This document shows positions 36,446 to 47,585 of a stretch of 64,000 nt of DNA, piece after piece. Source of the stretch: Pelagomonas calceolata. Lineage: Eukaryota. The position numbers were made by a program, and so were the translations under genes. The notes below the pieces were generated by a model. That model did not search any database and was not told the DNA's origin. It was given only the letters and a program-made list of their open reading frames with translations. Every line of letters starts with the position of its first letter. Within the stretch, counting starts at the first letter, position 1. The stretch is taken from the NCBI GenBank assembly GCA_918797485.1, contig CAKKNE010000003.1, positions 2,232,001 to 2,296,000 on the forward strand, read 5' to 3'.

Positions 36446-39364
36446 AGCTATCTGTCTGAGCATTGGATCATCGAAGAACTTCGCGATCGACACGTCCTCG
36501 GACAGCCCCTTGCGTCTGCGAGTCTTTACCATAAACTCGCGCGCCAAATGCGGCGGCGGCGACGGTTCCAAAGGATGCAGGATGATGGACCGATCCAAGG
36601 GGTCGCCTGGGCATACCGCCCAGTGGTCAAAGCGACTCGAGCACATGGCCTGGCCCTGCGTGAAGGCCCGCAGATCTGTCTCGAAGCCGAAGGAGTCCAC
36701 CGCCGGCAGGAACGCCTTGACGGTGTAGAACGGCGCCCCGGGTTTGGGAGCGTCCTGCACGATGTGGCCCCGCCGCCGCGCGAGGACGGGATACACGGCC
36801 TGCACGCAGTCGGCCGGGCACTGGACGTCTACTGACAAAATAGGTTCCATGAGCCGCGGGGCCGCCATCAGAAATGCCGAGTAGCATACTCGTCGCGCGG
36901 TCGGTATGACCTGCCCGCCACCTCTGTGTAGTGCTTGATCGGCAATAGCCGCGTCCAAGATCTTAAACTTGACATTCCGAATAGGTTCGTCACATAAGGG
37001 CCCTTCCCTACAACCCCACTGGAAGCCCTGCACGATCGATTCGCGCGCCGCATTGAGTAATTTTTTGTCGACCTCTGAGGGTAGCGTGTCATCTAGTAAA
37101 ACATTGGAGCACCCCGCCCCCGACTGGGTGGACACGGTATCGGGTCCGAAGGCCCAGATCGATCTAGCAGCTAACAAGTCCCAGTCGTACTTCGCGCGGA
37201 AGTGGGCCCCGACCTGTTTTTTGGTCCAGTCCGCTCTCACGTCGCCCCTTTCTAAATCATCAGCCACACCGTCATCGAGCGGCTCGGCGATCATCGTGAG
37301 CTTGTTTCTTTTATTAGGCGTCTCCGAGAAGCATTTGAGGGAAGACGTTTCGACGACGGTCTCGCAGAACGCGACCACCGGATCGGCGACCTTGATCTCG
37401 ACGGACGAGTACATCTCGCGGAGGTCGTGCATCGCGCAATCGAGGTACAACTCGCCCGTCCCGACCACCACATGCTCGCCCGACTCCTCGACCTTCGTGC
37501 GCGCGAGGGGGTAGGACTTCGAGATCTTCCGCAGGCCTTCCGTCATCTTCGGGAGCTCCGCGGGGTTCAGCGGCTCGACGGCGAGCTTGACGATGGCCTG
37601 GTCGTCGAAGCGCGGCGGCTCGAAGATGGCGCAGGGGTCGTCACTTGAATCGTCGACGATAGTGGCCGTTTTCGCGACGTGCTGCCCGACGCCTTCCAGC
37701 ACGACGCAGTTGCCAGGGCCCGCCTCCAACACTTCCGTCACATGTCTGCCATGACACACGCCGACGCCCTGCACGATACACGGTCTTTGATCTTCAGGAT
37801 CTTCTGGTGAATAGGCCTCGCCGAGCACACGTACCCTATTACCAGCTTTGATTCTGCCAGAATACACTCGACCATACGCAACAAAGTCCTTGGCGTCCGG
37901 CGTCGACAGTAATTTTACGACATGGACGCATAACGGGCCGTTCGCGTCCCCGAGACACATACTGTCGAACCTTGGACCTGATAATAGAGCGTAGTGCTGC
38001 TTCACTTTTGTACTGTTACGATCCAAGGGACAGGGGCCCCACTGCGACAACAAATCGACAAACGACGGCGCCGCCCTGTCTCTGAAAAACCTTCTACACG
38101 CACATTTCAACAGTGGCCGAGGATCGAGAGCTAGGTCTTCCTTGGACATCTTGACCCCGACCTCCAATAAAGCCTCTTTGAGCGTGGCCGGCTCCTCGCC
38201 GAGCACGTGGGAGTAGATCTTGTACAAGGGCTCCAGGACAAACGCCACGAACGAACGGACATTGCGCCCTTCTGTAGGAGGTCTCTTCGCGAACTGACCA
38301 GTGCTAGAATCAAAATAACGATCGCCCCACAACCTTTTAGCTAGTTGTGCAGGGTCTACTTTCGACTTTTCAGCATACACGGACGCGAACGACTCCAGAC
38401 TGAAAATCCAGCCATGTTGTGCTGAGGCGAAGAGCACATTCCCATCAACGGGTGACAAGCGCGGCGCGTCACCCTCGAGGTCCAACCGCAGAGCCGCCGC
38501 GTCCCAGGCCTCGGCAATTTTCGCATTCACGTCGTCGAGCGTGTGGCAGAGCTTAAAGTACGCGTCGGTCGGCGGTAGCTTCAGCTCCACGATGAGTCGG
38601 TCGACCTTGTTGATCACCAAAGTCAAAGCTGCCTTATGTTCGATGGCGTGGGCGATGCAGCGCTCCGTCTGGCCGATGCACCCCTCGACCGCGTCGACAA
38701 CTATCACGGCACAGTCTGCTGCCCTCAGCGCACACGTACCCTCGTCGGAGAAGTTCGCGTGGCCGGGGCAGTCCGTTAAGTGTAAGGCGAAGTGTTTTCC
38801 TCTCGAATCCGGTAGCACCAGTGATACCGGAGCCATTTTTATGGATAACTGTCTTTCCTGCTCGTCTTTGCGCGTATCTGAGTATCTAATCGTCTTCGAC
38901 GGGTCCCACTCCGCGTTATGTGCTCGTTCTACAAGGACATCCATCAAAGACGTCTTGCCGCAGTGCAACGAACCAAGTAAACACGCGTTCCTAATTAACC
39001 TAGGAGCATCTAACAACCCCTTCAGGAATTGTGTAGTATACCCCGCAGTAGCAGGAGCACCGGTGTTGTCCAGCACGGAAAACGTTTTTACGGTAGCGGG
39101 CTTGAGGATTGGCTCCGTGATTGGTTGCGCGTCCTCGTCGAGGACGACGGTCTTGACCTTCTCGCCGTAGACTTCCGAGGCTTCGGGGTAGTACTGCTTG
39201 TCCTCGTGTAGTGTTATTGCTCTAGATTCCTCTTCGGGTTCATCTGTCTCCATCGGGGCCACACTTAGCTCCTCCTCGTCGGCGGGCGGCAGCGGCTCGG
39301 CCTCGTCCTCCGACGACTCGCCGCCGATCATGTTGCCGAACTCGTCGAAGGCGTAGGAGGCCAT
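36425..39364 (-). CDS. EFTUD2: U5 snRNP 116-kDa GTPase (Snu114/EFTUD2), intronless
   Basis: YAFDEFGN.IG, LHEDKQYYP, GSLHCGKT, DCPGH, INKVDRLI.ELKLPP, GTGELYLDC, GFETDLR, LAREFMVKTRRRKGLSEDV. Confidence 0.97.
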   Translation of the reverse strand: MASYAFDEFGNMIGGESSEDEAEPLPPADEEELSVAPMETDEPEEESRAITLHEDKQYYPEASEVYGEKVKTVVLDEDAQPITEPILKPATVKTFSVLDNTGAPATAGYTTQFLKGLLDAPRLIRNACLLGSLHCGKTSLMDVLVERAHNAEWDPSKTIRYSDTRKDEQERQLSIKMAPVSLVLPDSRGKHFALHLTDCPGHANFSDEGTCALRAADCAVIVVDAVEGCIGQTERCIAHAIEHKAALTLVINKVDRLIVELKLPPTDAYFKLCHTLDDVNAKIAEAWDAAALRLDLEGDAPRLSPVDGNVLFASAQHGWIFSLESFASVYAEKSKVDPAQLAKRLWGDRYFDSSTGQFAKRPPTEGRNVRSFVAFVLEPLYKIYSHVLGEEPATLKEALLEVGVKMSKEDLALDPRPLLKCACRRFFRDRAAPSFVDLLSQWGPCPLDRNSTKVKQHYALLSGPRFDSMCLGDANGPLCVHVVKLLSTPDAKDFVAYGRVYSGRIKAGNRVRVLGEAYSPEDPEDQRPCIVQGVGVCHGRHVTEVLEAGPGNCVVLEGVGQHVAKTATIVDDSSDDPCAIFEPPRFDDQAIVKLAVEPLNPAELPKMTEGLRKISKSYPLARTKVEESGEHVVVGTGELYLDCAMHDLREMYSSVEIKVADPVVAFCETVVETSSLKCFSETPNKRNKLTMIAEPLDDGVADDLERGDVRADWTKKQVGAHFRAKYDWDLLAARSIWAFGPDTVSTQSGAGCSNVLLDDTLPSEVDKKLLNAARESIVQGFQWGCREGPLCDEPIRNVKFKILDAAIADQALHRGGGQVIPTARRVCYSAFLMAAPRLMEPILSVDVQCPADCVQAVYPVLARRRGHIVQDAPKPGAPFYTVKAFLPAVDSFGFETDLRAFTQGQAMCSSRFDHWAVCPGDPLDRSIILHPLEPSPPPHLAREFMVKTRRRKGLSEDVSIAKFFDDPMLRQIAEENPIS

Positions 39365-39821
39365 GCTGCGCGGCGATGCTGGCTGTGGACGGCGAGGTGT
39401 GCTTTTGGGCTTTTGGTGTTGTTGTGCGATTGCAACGCTTGCGTATCAGCTTGAGATGCGTGAGCGGGGCACTACTAAGGCGTCTGCTCACCAGACGTGC
39501 GCAGGCCCGCTAAAAGCTGGCGCGGCCGCGGCGCCGCCTTTGGCTGGCTGGCTAGTGTCTTACGGTCGCTAGCTCAACAAAGGATTCATCCGCCACGCCT
39601 ATCCCACGCAGGCGACGACTCCGGCTTCGAGGGCAGTCGTCGAGCCGTCCGCGACCGCTCGGCGCGCAGGCTCTGCCATTCGCAACGCGAGAGAGGCGCT
39701 TTGACGGGGCCGCAGAGCGCTTGCCGGCACCGCATCGCTCGCGACCGACCGACGGACCATAAGTCGATTCCAGAGCGATCGGCACCGCAGCGCCCGCCGG
39801 CGACGGGGCAGCCTCGACACC

Positions 39822-40958
39822 ATGTCTCTCCCAGGGACCCAAGCTCCACCAAAGAACAAGGCGACCTTCAAGCCGCCGCGCGCGTTATTAGGCGGCCGGA
39901 AGGCGAGGACGCTGCCGCCGCCGCCGGAAAAGGTGTCCTGGAATGGACTGGAGCGGCAGCCGGTGCGCCCGGCGCCGGCACGCACGAAGGACGTGTTTTC
40001 AAAGCCAGTGGACGCGACGGACCCGGCTCAATTAAAGCGTCTCGGGGTCTACGACTACCGGACGAGCGCCCTGGCAATGAGTCTGAACCACACGGACGTC
40101 ACGCCTACTGTTACCATCGACAAAATCACGAAGCGGGGCCTGCCCCAGCGCAAGCACTTGAACGACGAGCACCAGGCCGCAGCCAAAGCTTTGAAAGTTG
40201 TAGACAAGTATTCAGACCGGCCGATGCTCTGGGACGAGCGCGTGAGTGCCCAAAAGCAGGACTGGCGGCCCACGCGCCCAAACTTGCAATTGCGGAAGGA
40301 CGCGCAGAAGAAGGAAACATTGACCTATGTCCACGACGACCGCCGCGAAGCCGTCAAGGATATCCGAGGTTCAATAGTGAAGACCGGGTGGCGCCGGACG
40401 AAGGAACGATTAGATAAGGAAGAGGCCCATGAAAAGTTCTTGGAGAAGGAGGAGGTGAAGTGGGCGCGACTCGCACAGCGGGCCTTCCACCGCAAGGTGC
40501 CCGCCGAAAAGGTCGGGAATAGGACCGAAGTAGGCTGGTGGCCGCACATGAAACAGGACAGGGACCACACTACTTCGGTAAAGAGACGGATAAAGAAGCA
40601 GGCCAAGCCGGCCGTCGTCAAGGCCAACGTAAAATACGACGCCTGGACGGACCCCGCGCTCAAGGCGCTGCTCGGCAAGGCCGAGCGGTGCCAGACGCTG
40701 ATGGTGGACGGTCTGCCCGACCGGGACGTGTGTCGAAGCATGGACACGCTGAAGCGGCTGTGGACGAAGGGGCTGGACAAGGAGCCCTACACGCCTCGCG
40801 GCGTGACGAAGCCGCCATTGGACATTCCGAAGTTCGCCATGGGGCGTTCTGGAGGCGAGTGGGCCGCGTTCGAGGATGAATATAGGAGGGACCTCGTGCG
40901 GCGGTACGCCGTGGCGGCTGAGCGAGACCACGCGGCGGCGCCATTGGGGCAGCGATAG
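39822..40958 (+). CDS. Hypothetical basic protein (378 aa)
   Basis: Long ATG-initiated ORF with K/R/D-rich, protein-like composition; no family recognised. Confidence 0.65.
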   Translation: MSLPGTQAPPKNKATFKPPRALLGGRKARTLPPPPEKVSWNGLERQPVRPAPARTKDVFSKPVDATDPAQLKRLGVYDYRTSALAMSLNHTDVTPTVTIDKITKRGLPQRKHLNDEHQAAAKALKVVDKYSDRPMLWDERVSAQKQDWRPTRPNLQLRKDAQKKETLTYVHDDRREAVKDIRGSIVKTGWRRTKERLDKEEAHEKFLEKEEVKWARLAQRAFHRKVPAEKVGNRTEVGWWPHMKQDRDHTTSVKRRIKKQAKPAVVKANVKYDAWTDPALKALLGKAERCQTLMVDGLPDRDVCRSMDTLKRLWTKGLDKEPYTPRGVTKPPLDIPKFAMGRSGGEWAAFEDEYRRDLVRRYAVAAERDHAAAPLGQR

Positions 40959-41004
40959 CATAAACATTCAAGTTACAAACATAAGTGGGGCGCTCGACAG
41001 CGTG

Positions 41005-41559
41005 CTAGTGCGGCTGCGGCACGTGGCCGTCGACATAAAAGTTCCGCGTCGCCTCGGGCAGCTCGACGACCTGGCCGTCGAAGCGCGCGTCGACGCGCAG
41101 CTGGCAGCCGAGCCGCGACGTCGGCTCCAATCCAAACGCCTGGTCGAGCATGTCCTCCTCACGGTCGTCCGCGTGGTCGCCGTCGTCCTCCAACTGATCG
41201 AAGAAGTCGTCCGTCAGCACGACGTGGCACGTCGAGCAGGCCGTCACGCCCTCGCACGCGCCCTCGAGCGGGATGTCGTGCCTTTGGGCTAATCGCAATA
41301 GGTTATCACCTTCGTAGGCCGGCACGGTTTTGGTTTCGCCGGTCTTCCGTATCCGGAAGGTGACCTCGTAGTCGGGGTCGCCCTCGGGCACGTGGCCGTG
41401 GCTGTGCGAGTGGTCCCTCCGGCGGACGGTGAGCGTGGCTGTACGGCGCCGGTCGTGCGCGTAGGCCGAGAGCGCCGAGGCCGCACGGATTTGCGCGGGT
41501 GGTCGGGCGCGGCCTTTGAGGCTGACGGCGCGGCCCAGGTGCCGCGCCGTGCGACGCAT
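41005..41559 (-). CDS. Mitochondrial 2Fe-2S ferredoxin (adrenodoxin-like)
   Basis: LEGACEGVTACSTCHV...EEDMLD.AFGL..TSRLGCQ...LPEATRNFYVDGHVP.PH; R-rich presequence. Confidence 0.93.
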   Translation of the reverse strand: MRRTARHLGRAVSLKGRARPPAQIRAASALSAYAHDRRRTATLTVRRRDHSHSHGHVPEGDPDYEVTFRIRKTGETKTVPAYEGDNLLRLAQRHDIPLEGACEGVTACSTCHVVLTDDFFDQLEDDGDHADDREEDMLDQAFGLEPTSRLGCQLRVDARFDGQVVELPEATRNFYVDGHVPQPH

Positions 41560-41841
41560 GCTGGCGGAAGGCCTGCAGGTGCTGTCCTTTGTCCTCGCTG
41601 CAGGCGTACCGCCGTGCCTTGAGAGTTTGAGATTGTGTTGCGCAGAGGTTGCTTGAGACCTCCTGCCGCGCACGCCGGTAGCGCGTCTCTACGTGGCGAT
41701 ATTGTCGCGCGCTCAATCGATGCTCTGCGGGTTTTGCTCTCAAAACACCAAAGTAAAAATCCCCTCTGAGGTGGTTAGGAACCGCCATAGACCCACAGCG
41801 GTCACTTTCTTAGCTGCGGGCACGCTCTGCACGCCTTAAAT

Positions 41842-42522
41842 ATGTCGCCGCGGCCACTGCTGCTCCTAGCCCTGCACCTCTCTGCTGCCCTCTCCCTTGC
41901 GCCAGCCGCACGCGAAACGAGAATAATTGAATTGCTAGGCAAAGGCCGCGTCGGCCTCCCGCAGAGCGACGAAGTCGAGCTCGACGAATTGGTCGCGAAC
42001 CTCGAGGGCCGAAAGCCGACGATCGCGTCGGTCCGCGGCGACTGGGACCTGCTCTACACGTCTAAATCGGAATTCGACCCCGCGAACCCGCTGGGCCGGC
42101 GCGTCGACGGCACGGCGCCCGGCATCGAGAAGATCTTCGACGTGGCCTTCTCGCAGGCCGAGGCCGTCGCGTCGTCGTCGCCGATCCAGCGCTTCGTGAC
42201 GGGCCTCGAGAGCGTCGAGATCCGGCAGGTCGTCGAGCTCGACGACGCCGGAACGGGACGGGTCGACCAGTTCGTCGAGGCGGGCGAGAACGTGGTGTTT
42301 CGCCTCTCGGCGAGCGGGAGCTTCGACGAGGCGACGGGCCGCCTCGATTTTACCTTCGACGACGCGTACCTCACGGCCTTTGGAGTGAGGATCCCCTACC
42401 CCGTGCCCTTCCGGTTGTTGGGCGACGAGGCGAGCGGCTACCTCGACACGCGCTACGTCTCGGACACGCTCCGGGTGTCGCGCGGGAACAAGGGTACGAC
42501 GTTCATCCTAAGGAAGCGATAG
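41842..42522 (+). CDS. PAP/fibrillin family plastid protein
   Basis: Signal peptide; ELVANLE, GDWDLLYTS, GYLDTRYVSDTLRVSRGNKGTTFIL. Confidence 0.88.
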   Translation: MSPRPLLLLALHLSAALSLAPAARETRIIELLGKGRVGLPQSDEVELDELVANLEGRKPTIASVRGDWDLLYTSKSEFDPANPLGRRVDGTAPGIEKIFDVAFSQAEAVASSSPIQRFVTGLESVEIRQVVELDDAGTGRVDQFVEAGENVVFRLSASGSFDEATGRLDFTFDDAYLTAFGVRIPYPVPFRLLGDEASGYLDTRYVSDTLRVSRGNKGTTFILRKR

Positions 42523-42527
42523 TAGAA

Positions 42528-43517
42528 TCACCTCGATGTATGACACTCCCCTAGGTGGTCCGCGAGCCACGCGAGCGACGCGTCGTGGGGCAGGAGGCAG
42601 TCGAAGGCCGCCTCGAACTCGGCGCGCTTCCCCCAGGGGTTCGCCGGGTCGAAGAAGCCGACGCAGGCTTTCGAGGAGGCGGGCACGGGCGCCGCGACGG
42701 CCGCGTCGCCGACGCTATCCCCAAAAACCAATAACCGGGTGGCCGGCGTGGCCGACGCGGCGAACCACGGTTTCAAATGAAAGTAGGCGTCCTTCTTGTT
42801 CTTGGCGTGGATCGGCTCGTCCGGCAGCGCGCCGGTCACGGTGCCGTCGCCATCTATGACGAGGCGGTTGGCCAGGACGCGCACGCGCGTCGGCCGTTTC
42901 GCGTCGGCGAGGTCGTCGTCGAGGAACGACACGGCCTCCAGACCTTCTGATTGCAGCAAGCCGACGATGACATGTTCTAAACCAGCTGACACGACCGTGG
43001 TCGGCACTTTTAGTGCTACGAGCGCCTTCAAGACTTCCCGCGCGCCGTCCCTTAAATAGCACGGCTTCCTGGCCTCCGCCTCACTCAACTGGGCCAGCGT
43101 GACGCCGTGCGCCGCGAGCAGCGCGTGCACGTCGTCCCACCAGCAGCGGAACGGCCGGCCCCGGCAGGGCGGCGGGCCGCCTTCATCTGAAAAGCGCCAG
43201 TACGGCGCGAGCGCCGCCTGCAGTTCTACGTCCTCGAGCCTTAGCAAGGGGTCGTGGCACTGCGGCGCGTCGTGCGCCGTCAGCGTGCGGTCGAAGTCGA
43301 AGACGACGTGCAAATCCGTGACGTCGCGCGGGGCCAGCACGTCCGCGAGCCTGCCGTCGTCGTACAACGCCGAGCCGGGCAGCGCTTTTAGAGCGTCGAC
43401 GACGAGTTTTCGGCGTCTGCGTGCTGCGATTGTGCAGAAGGCGGAGTACAGGGCTCTGACCATCAGTGGTGCTGCGAGTGCGAGCAACCTTGTGCGGTCA
43501 CTCGACATGTGATGCAC
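42528..43517 (-). CDS. HAD-family pyrimidine 5'-nucleotidase-like (NT5C3-like)
   Basis: VVFDFDRTLT, LRDG, VVSAG, V.AN, IHAKNK, FGDSVGD motifs. Confidence 0.8.
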   Translation of the reverse strand: MHHMSSDRTRLLALAAPLMVRALYSAFCTIAARRRRKLVVDALKALPGSALYDDGRLADVLAPRDVTDLHVVFDFDRTLTAHDAPQCHDPLLRLEDVELQAALAPYWRFSDEGGPPPCRGRPFRCWWDDVHALLAAHGVTLAQLSEAEARKPCYLRDGAREVLKALVALKVPTTVVSAGLEHVIVGLLQSEGLEAVSFLDDDLADAKRPTRVRVLANRLVIDGDGTVTGALPDEPIHAKNKKDAYFHLKPWFAASATPATRLLVFGDSVGDAAVAAPVPASSKACVGFFDPANPWGKRAEFEAAFDCLLPHDASLAWLADHLGECHTSR

Positions 43518-43760
43518 TGTTTTGTGCAGCGTGCGACAGCCTGCCGTAGCTGCAGACGCTAGTTGCGACAGCTGTGGCAGACGTGCGGTGTGTCAATTTC
43601 ACTACACGCAGTTGTGTGCCGACTACACGTCGGCAAAAGTCGAGGAGCAAAGCGCAGCTAGCGTCATAAGACACTAGAAAATCCTTTGGCTTTTGCGAGC
43701 GCCAACGCCCGGCGGCTTCGTTTGTTAGTGGCCCATACGTCACAGGGAACAAATTACAAA

Positions 43761-45959
43761 CTAGTCATAGGGCGGCGTCGTCGTCCGCGGCGGCGCCGGC
43801 CGGAGCTCGAGCCGCCAGACGTCGCCGAGGCGCTCCTGGGGCTCGCCGTCGACGCGCCGGTACCCGCCGAACATATATACGGACCCGTCGGGCGCCGCGG
43901 CGAGCGCCGGGAAGCAGCGGCCCGGCGGCGCGGCTTCGGCGTCGACGGCGCCGAAGGCGGCGCCGCGGCGCACGAGCACGTCCGAGCCGTAGGCCGCGAC
44001 GCCCTGGGCGACGTCCATGCCGCCGAACGCGACGACGGTGCCGTCTTTTAACACAACGCCCGCGCGGCCGGACAGGTAGGGCAGGTCCGCGGCTTTCGTC
44101 CACGCGTCCGTCTCCACGCAGTAGCGCCACGCGCCGTCGTCGACGCCCCCCCACATCAAAACACCCTCGCGCGCGGGCAGCAAGAGGTGGAAGTCCCGCG
44201 CCGCCGGGCCTGTTGAACGGCGCGTCCACACGCACGTCTTCAGGTCCAGGACCCAAGTCTCGTTCGAGTGCTCGGCCTCGGGGCGCGCGCCGCCGAAGAC
44301 CAACGCGCGGTCGCCCCGCAGGCGACACGCCGCGTGGCCCGTGAGCGGGCCCGGGCCGCCGGTCGCCTCGCGCCGCGTCCACCGCCGCGTCGCCGGCGAG
44401 AAGGTCCACATGTCGTCGACCGTCACGTGGTCGCCGCCCCTGCGCACGAGGCCTCCGTACATCACAATCTCGCCGGCGTCGGACCTGTGTGGAAATCAAA
44501 TTTCAGACCCGACGTCTGGCGTGGAGGTTCACGAAAGTCTCCGCAATATTTCTCAGGATAGCCTAACTCACTGGTTGATTTCCACACAGATTCAGACGCG
44601 ACGGCCGCGGCGCAGACGCGCGGGTCGGGCGCGTCCTCGGCGCCGTCCGGCGACAGCTCCTCCCAGCGGCCCGACCGGAGGTCCAGGCGCCAGACGTCGT
44701 TCAGGTATCGGTTCGGAATCGGCACCCAGGGCCTTGTGTCATCCGTTTCGCCGCCGAATATGTAGAGCCCGCCGCCGAAGACGCACGCGGCCGCCGGCAC
44801 GCGCCCGAGCGGCACAGGGCCGTCGACGGACAAGGGAGTCCACTTCGCCTCCCGCACCTCGGCCTTCGTCGGCTCTCTGCTCGGGTCCGCGCCGTCGACG
44901 ACGGCGAACGCGGCCGCCTCGAACGCGGCCGGCGGCAGCGCCGCGCGCCCGCGGTCCATCGTCAGGGGCTCATCGAGGGTCTTGACCCACGAGAGCTGCT
45001 CCGTGCCCGCGTAGGGCGCGACGGCCAGCGCCTCCGCGCGCGCGCCCTTCGGTGCCAACCTGGAGCCGAAGGCCTCGCGCGCCGGCGGCACGGCGATGCC
45101 CTGCTTTCTGCGGCGCCAGTCCCACTCGAAGACCGCGGGCGGCCACGACGCGACGAGTCCGTCCCAGTCGATGAGGCGGAACGGCGTCTCGGCGCCCGAG
45201 CCCGCCTTTTCCAGGTAGAGGTCCTGCGTCGGCGCGAGGGTCACACTCCGTCGCTCTGTCGGCGCGATTCTCTCGACGCGACGAAGGCACGACGCGACGC
45301 CGGGCGCGGACGTCGTCGACGAGGATCGCGACGTGGTCGAGGTAGCGCTCCTCGCCCGTGTTCTGGTGCCAGAGCATCAGGACGTCGCCCGGCGCGAGGG
45401 CCGCGTTACGTTGTTCACCGAGCAAATCGTGGCCCTGTTCGAGGGTGGACTGCACGCGGTCCGTCACGGCGACGAGCGCGGCCCAGGCGTCCCCGTGCGC
45501 GCCCGCCGAGACCGTAACGGAATCACTAGGTGCCGCCGCCGCCTCGAGGACGGAATATGCGAAGCCCCAGCAGTTTGCGTTGCAGAGGACATCCCCGCTC
45601 GTCGTCGGCGTGAACCGGCGCCCGCACAGGGCCTGGGCGAGCGGCGGCAGCAGGTCCGACAGGCGGAACTCGCGGCCCGCCTCCCACGCCACGGCGGACC
45701 GCGACGCCGACCAGCCGCCGTAGGCGCCCTTCAGAGCCGCGAACGTCGCCTCGTCGCAGGGCGCGAAGACCGCGTCGAGCGAGAGCTGGAAGTTGCGCAG
45801 CGAGCTCTGCGTCGCGTTCGCGGCGACGCCGCGGTACGTCGCGCCGGCCGCGTCCGCCCGCTTCAGTTTGAGGGCGTGAGGTTGGTTCTTCGAGGGAACG
45901 TCGACAAAAATCGCGAGGCCCAGCGTGGCCGCTGAGGCTCTGAGCGCGCTGCGGAGCAT
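43761..45959 (-). CDS. NlpC/P60-like papain-fold domain fused to Kelch repeats; introns 45224-45311 and 44485-44597
   Basis: NANCWGFAY...LAPGDVL...DHVAILV...LEKAG, then Kelch repeats YIFGG...NDVWRLD, VMYGG, LVFGG, YMFGG...GDVWRL. Confidence 0.72.
44485..44597 (-). mobile_element. Introner-type intron with perfect 15-bp TIR
   Basis: CTGTGTGGAAATCAA at 44485 and TTGATTTCCACACAG ending 44589; degenerate TSD GTCTGAAT/GTCCGACG. Confidence 0.88.
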
Positions 45960-46112
45960 GGCTAAGTCGCGGCGGTTTTTAGCGTGCGATGAGAGTGTTG
46001 TTTACGCGTGCGCTCATAAATCGATCTCTAAAGCGCGTATCGCCGCGGCACGTGTGGCATCAAGCCATCGAGAGCTGCTCTGCGGCGAGGCAAATGAGCC
46101 ATGACTGGCAGC

Positions 46113-47486
46113 ATGAATGCGAAACTGCTGCTGCTTGCAGCGCCATTCAGCGCTGCTGCCGCCATAGTCAGCCGCAGGCATGCTTTGCGCTCGTACGGCG
46201 CCGCTTCTCTCGCGCCACAGGCAGTGCAGGCTGCACCGCGGCCTGACTGGGAGTCGTACGCCGTCCGCGGCGACAGCGCGACGATGATCCCATCCGTGGC
46301 GGCCCTCGCGTCTGATAGCCTCGTCACTGCGTTATCAACGAAACGTGCCGTGTTCCTCGGAGAACACCACGACGCCGCGGCGGACCACGCGCTACAGGCG
46401 GAGGTAATATCGCGACTGCGAACTAAAATAGGCGCCGCTCGGCCTTTAGCCGTGGGCCTCGAGATGGTCCAGCGGCGGTTCCAGCCACAGCTCGACGCTT
46501 ATGTTGCGGGACGGCTGACGGAGACGCAACTGCGGGCCGCCGTCGACTGGGACCGGCGCTGGGGTTGGCCCTTCCAGACCTACGTGCCGGTGCTGAAAGC
46601 GGCGAAAAAAGCACGTGCGACTCTGCTTGCCTTGAACGCGGACGACGAGGACGCTGCGCCCGTGAGCGCGGGCGGGCTCGCCGCGCTCGCGCCGGACGCG
46701 CGGCGGCGATACGTGAGTGATCCGAAGGCGTCCGAAGCCTTCGCGCGGACCGTGGCCTTCAAGAGTTACGTGGGCTACACGATACGCCCGTCGTACGCGG
46801 CGCACGTCGCCCTGGGCATCCTGCCGGCCACGGACCCGAGCGCGTGCGTGGGCAACGACGGCGCCTGCACGACGACGTTCAAGAATTTTTTAGCGAGGCG
46901 CATCCTCTGGGACGAAGCCCTCTCCAAGGCCTGCGCCGACTGGTGCCGCGACCACGAGAACGGTCTCTGCGTGGCGATTGTGGGAGCGGACCACGTGAAG
47001 TACGGCTGCGGCGCGCCCGCGCGGCTCGCGCGGTCGCTCCCGAACGGTCTAGGCGACCTCGCGACGGTCCTGCTCAACGAGCGGCCGGCCGACACGAAGG
47101 GCGACGCCGTCGGCGGCGTCGAGCGCGGGGCCGCGCCGTTCGCCTTCGACAGCTTCGCCGCGGACCGGTCGGTGCCGCGCGGCGCCGACGGCCTGGTCGG
47201 CTTCCGCAACTACGTGCTCCAGCTGCGCTTCGCGCCGGACCCCGCCGTCTGGGGCGCGGCGTCTTCTTCTACTTCTAGCCCCGAGCCTCTACCCCACGAA
47301 GACGCCATCACCGCGACCACACGCCACCAAGACGCCGTCGCCGCGCAGGTTGACGACTGGGTCGGGAACGAGCGCGACCGCGGCCGGGGCCCGGAGCTCG
47401 TCGCGGAGGCCTCCGCCGCGCGGCAGACGACGCCCGGCTCGGCGGTCCTGCCGCTCGCGGACTTCCTCCTGTTCTCCGAGGCGTGA
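46113..47486 (+). CDS. ChaN/Tiki-superfamily haem-binding-like protein, probably plastid; likely in-frame intron 47247-47348
   Basis: VFLGEHHD..DHALQ, VGLEMVQRRFQPQLD.Y, W..RW.WP...Y.P, LWDE, IVGADHVKYG; SRR twin-arginine-like leader. Confidence 0.8.
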   Translation: MNAKLLLLAAPFSAAAAIVSRRHALRSYGAASLAPQAVQAAPRPDWESYAVRGDSATMIPSVAALASDSLVTALSTKRAVFLGEHHDAAADHALQAEVISRLRTKIGAARPLAVGLEMVQRRFQPQLDAYVAGRLTETQLRAAVDWDRRWGWPFQTYVPVLKAAKKARATLLALNADDEDAAPVSAGGLAALAPDARRRYVSDPKASEAFARTVAFKSYVGYTIRPSYAAHVALGILPATDPSACVGNDGACTTTFKNFLARRILWDEALSKACADWCRDHENGLCVAIVGADHVKYGCGAPARLARSLPNGLGDLATVLLNERPADTKGDAVGGVERGAAPFAFDSFAADRSVPRGADGLVGFRNYVLQLRFAPDPAVWGAASSSTSSPEPLPHEDAITATTRHQDAVAAQVDDWVGNERDRGRGPELVAEASAARQTTPGSAVLPLADFLLFSEA

Positions 47487-47585
47487 GTATTGTGATTTGT
47501 GTATAACATATTCAGTATTATCCTCTCGCGTGCCGTGCTCGAGGAACCCCTCGTGGCGCCGCGGTTCGCGCGCAACCGACGTGTC

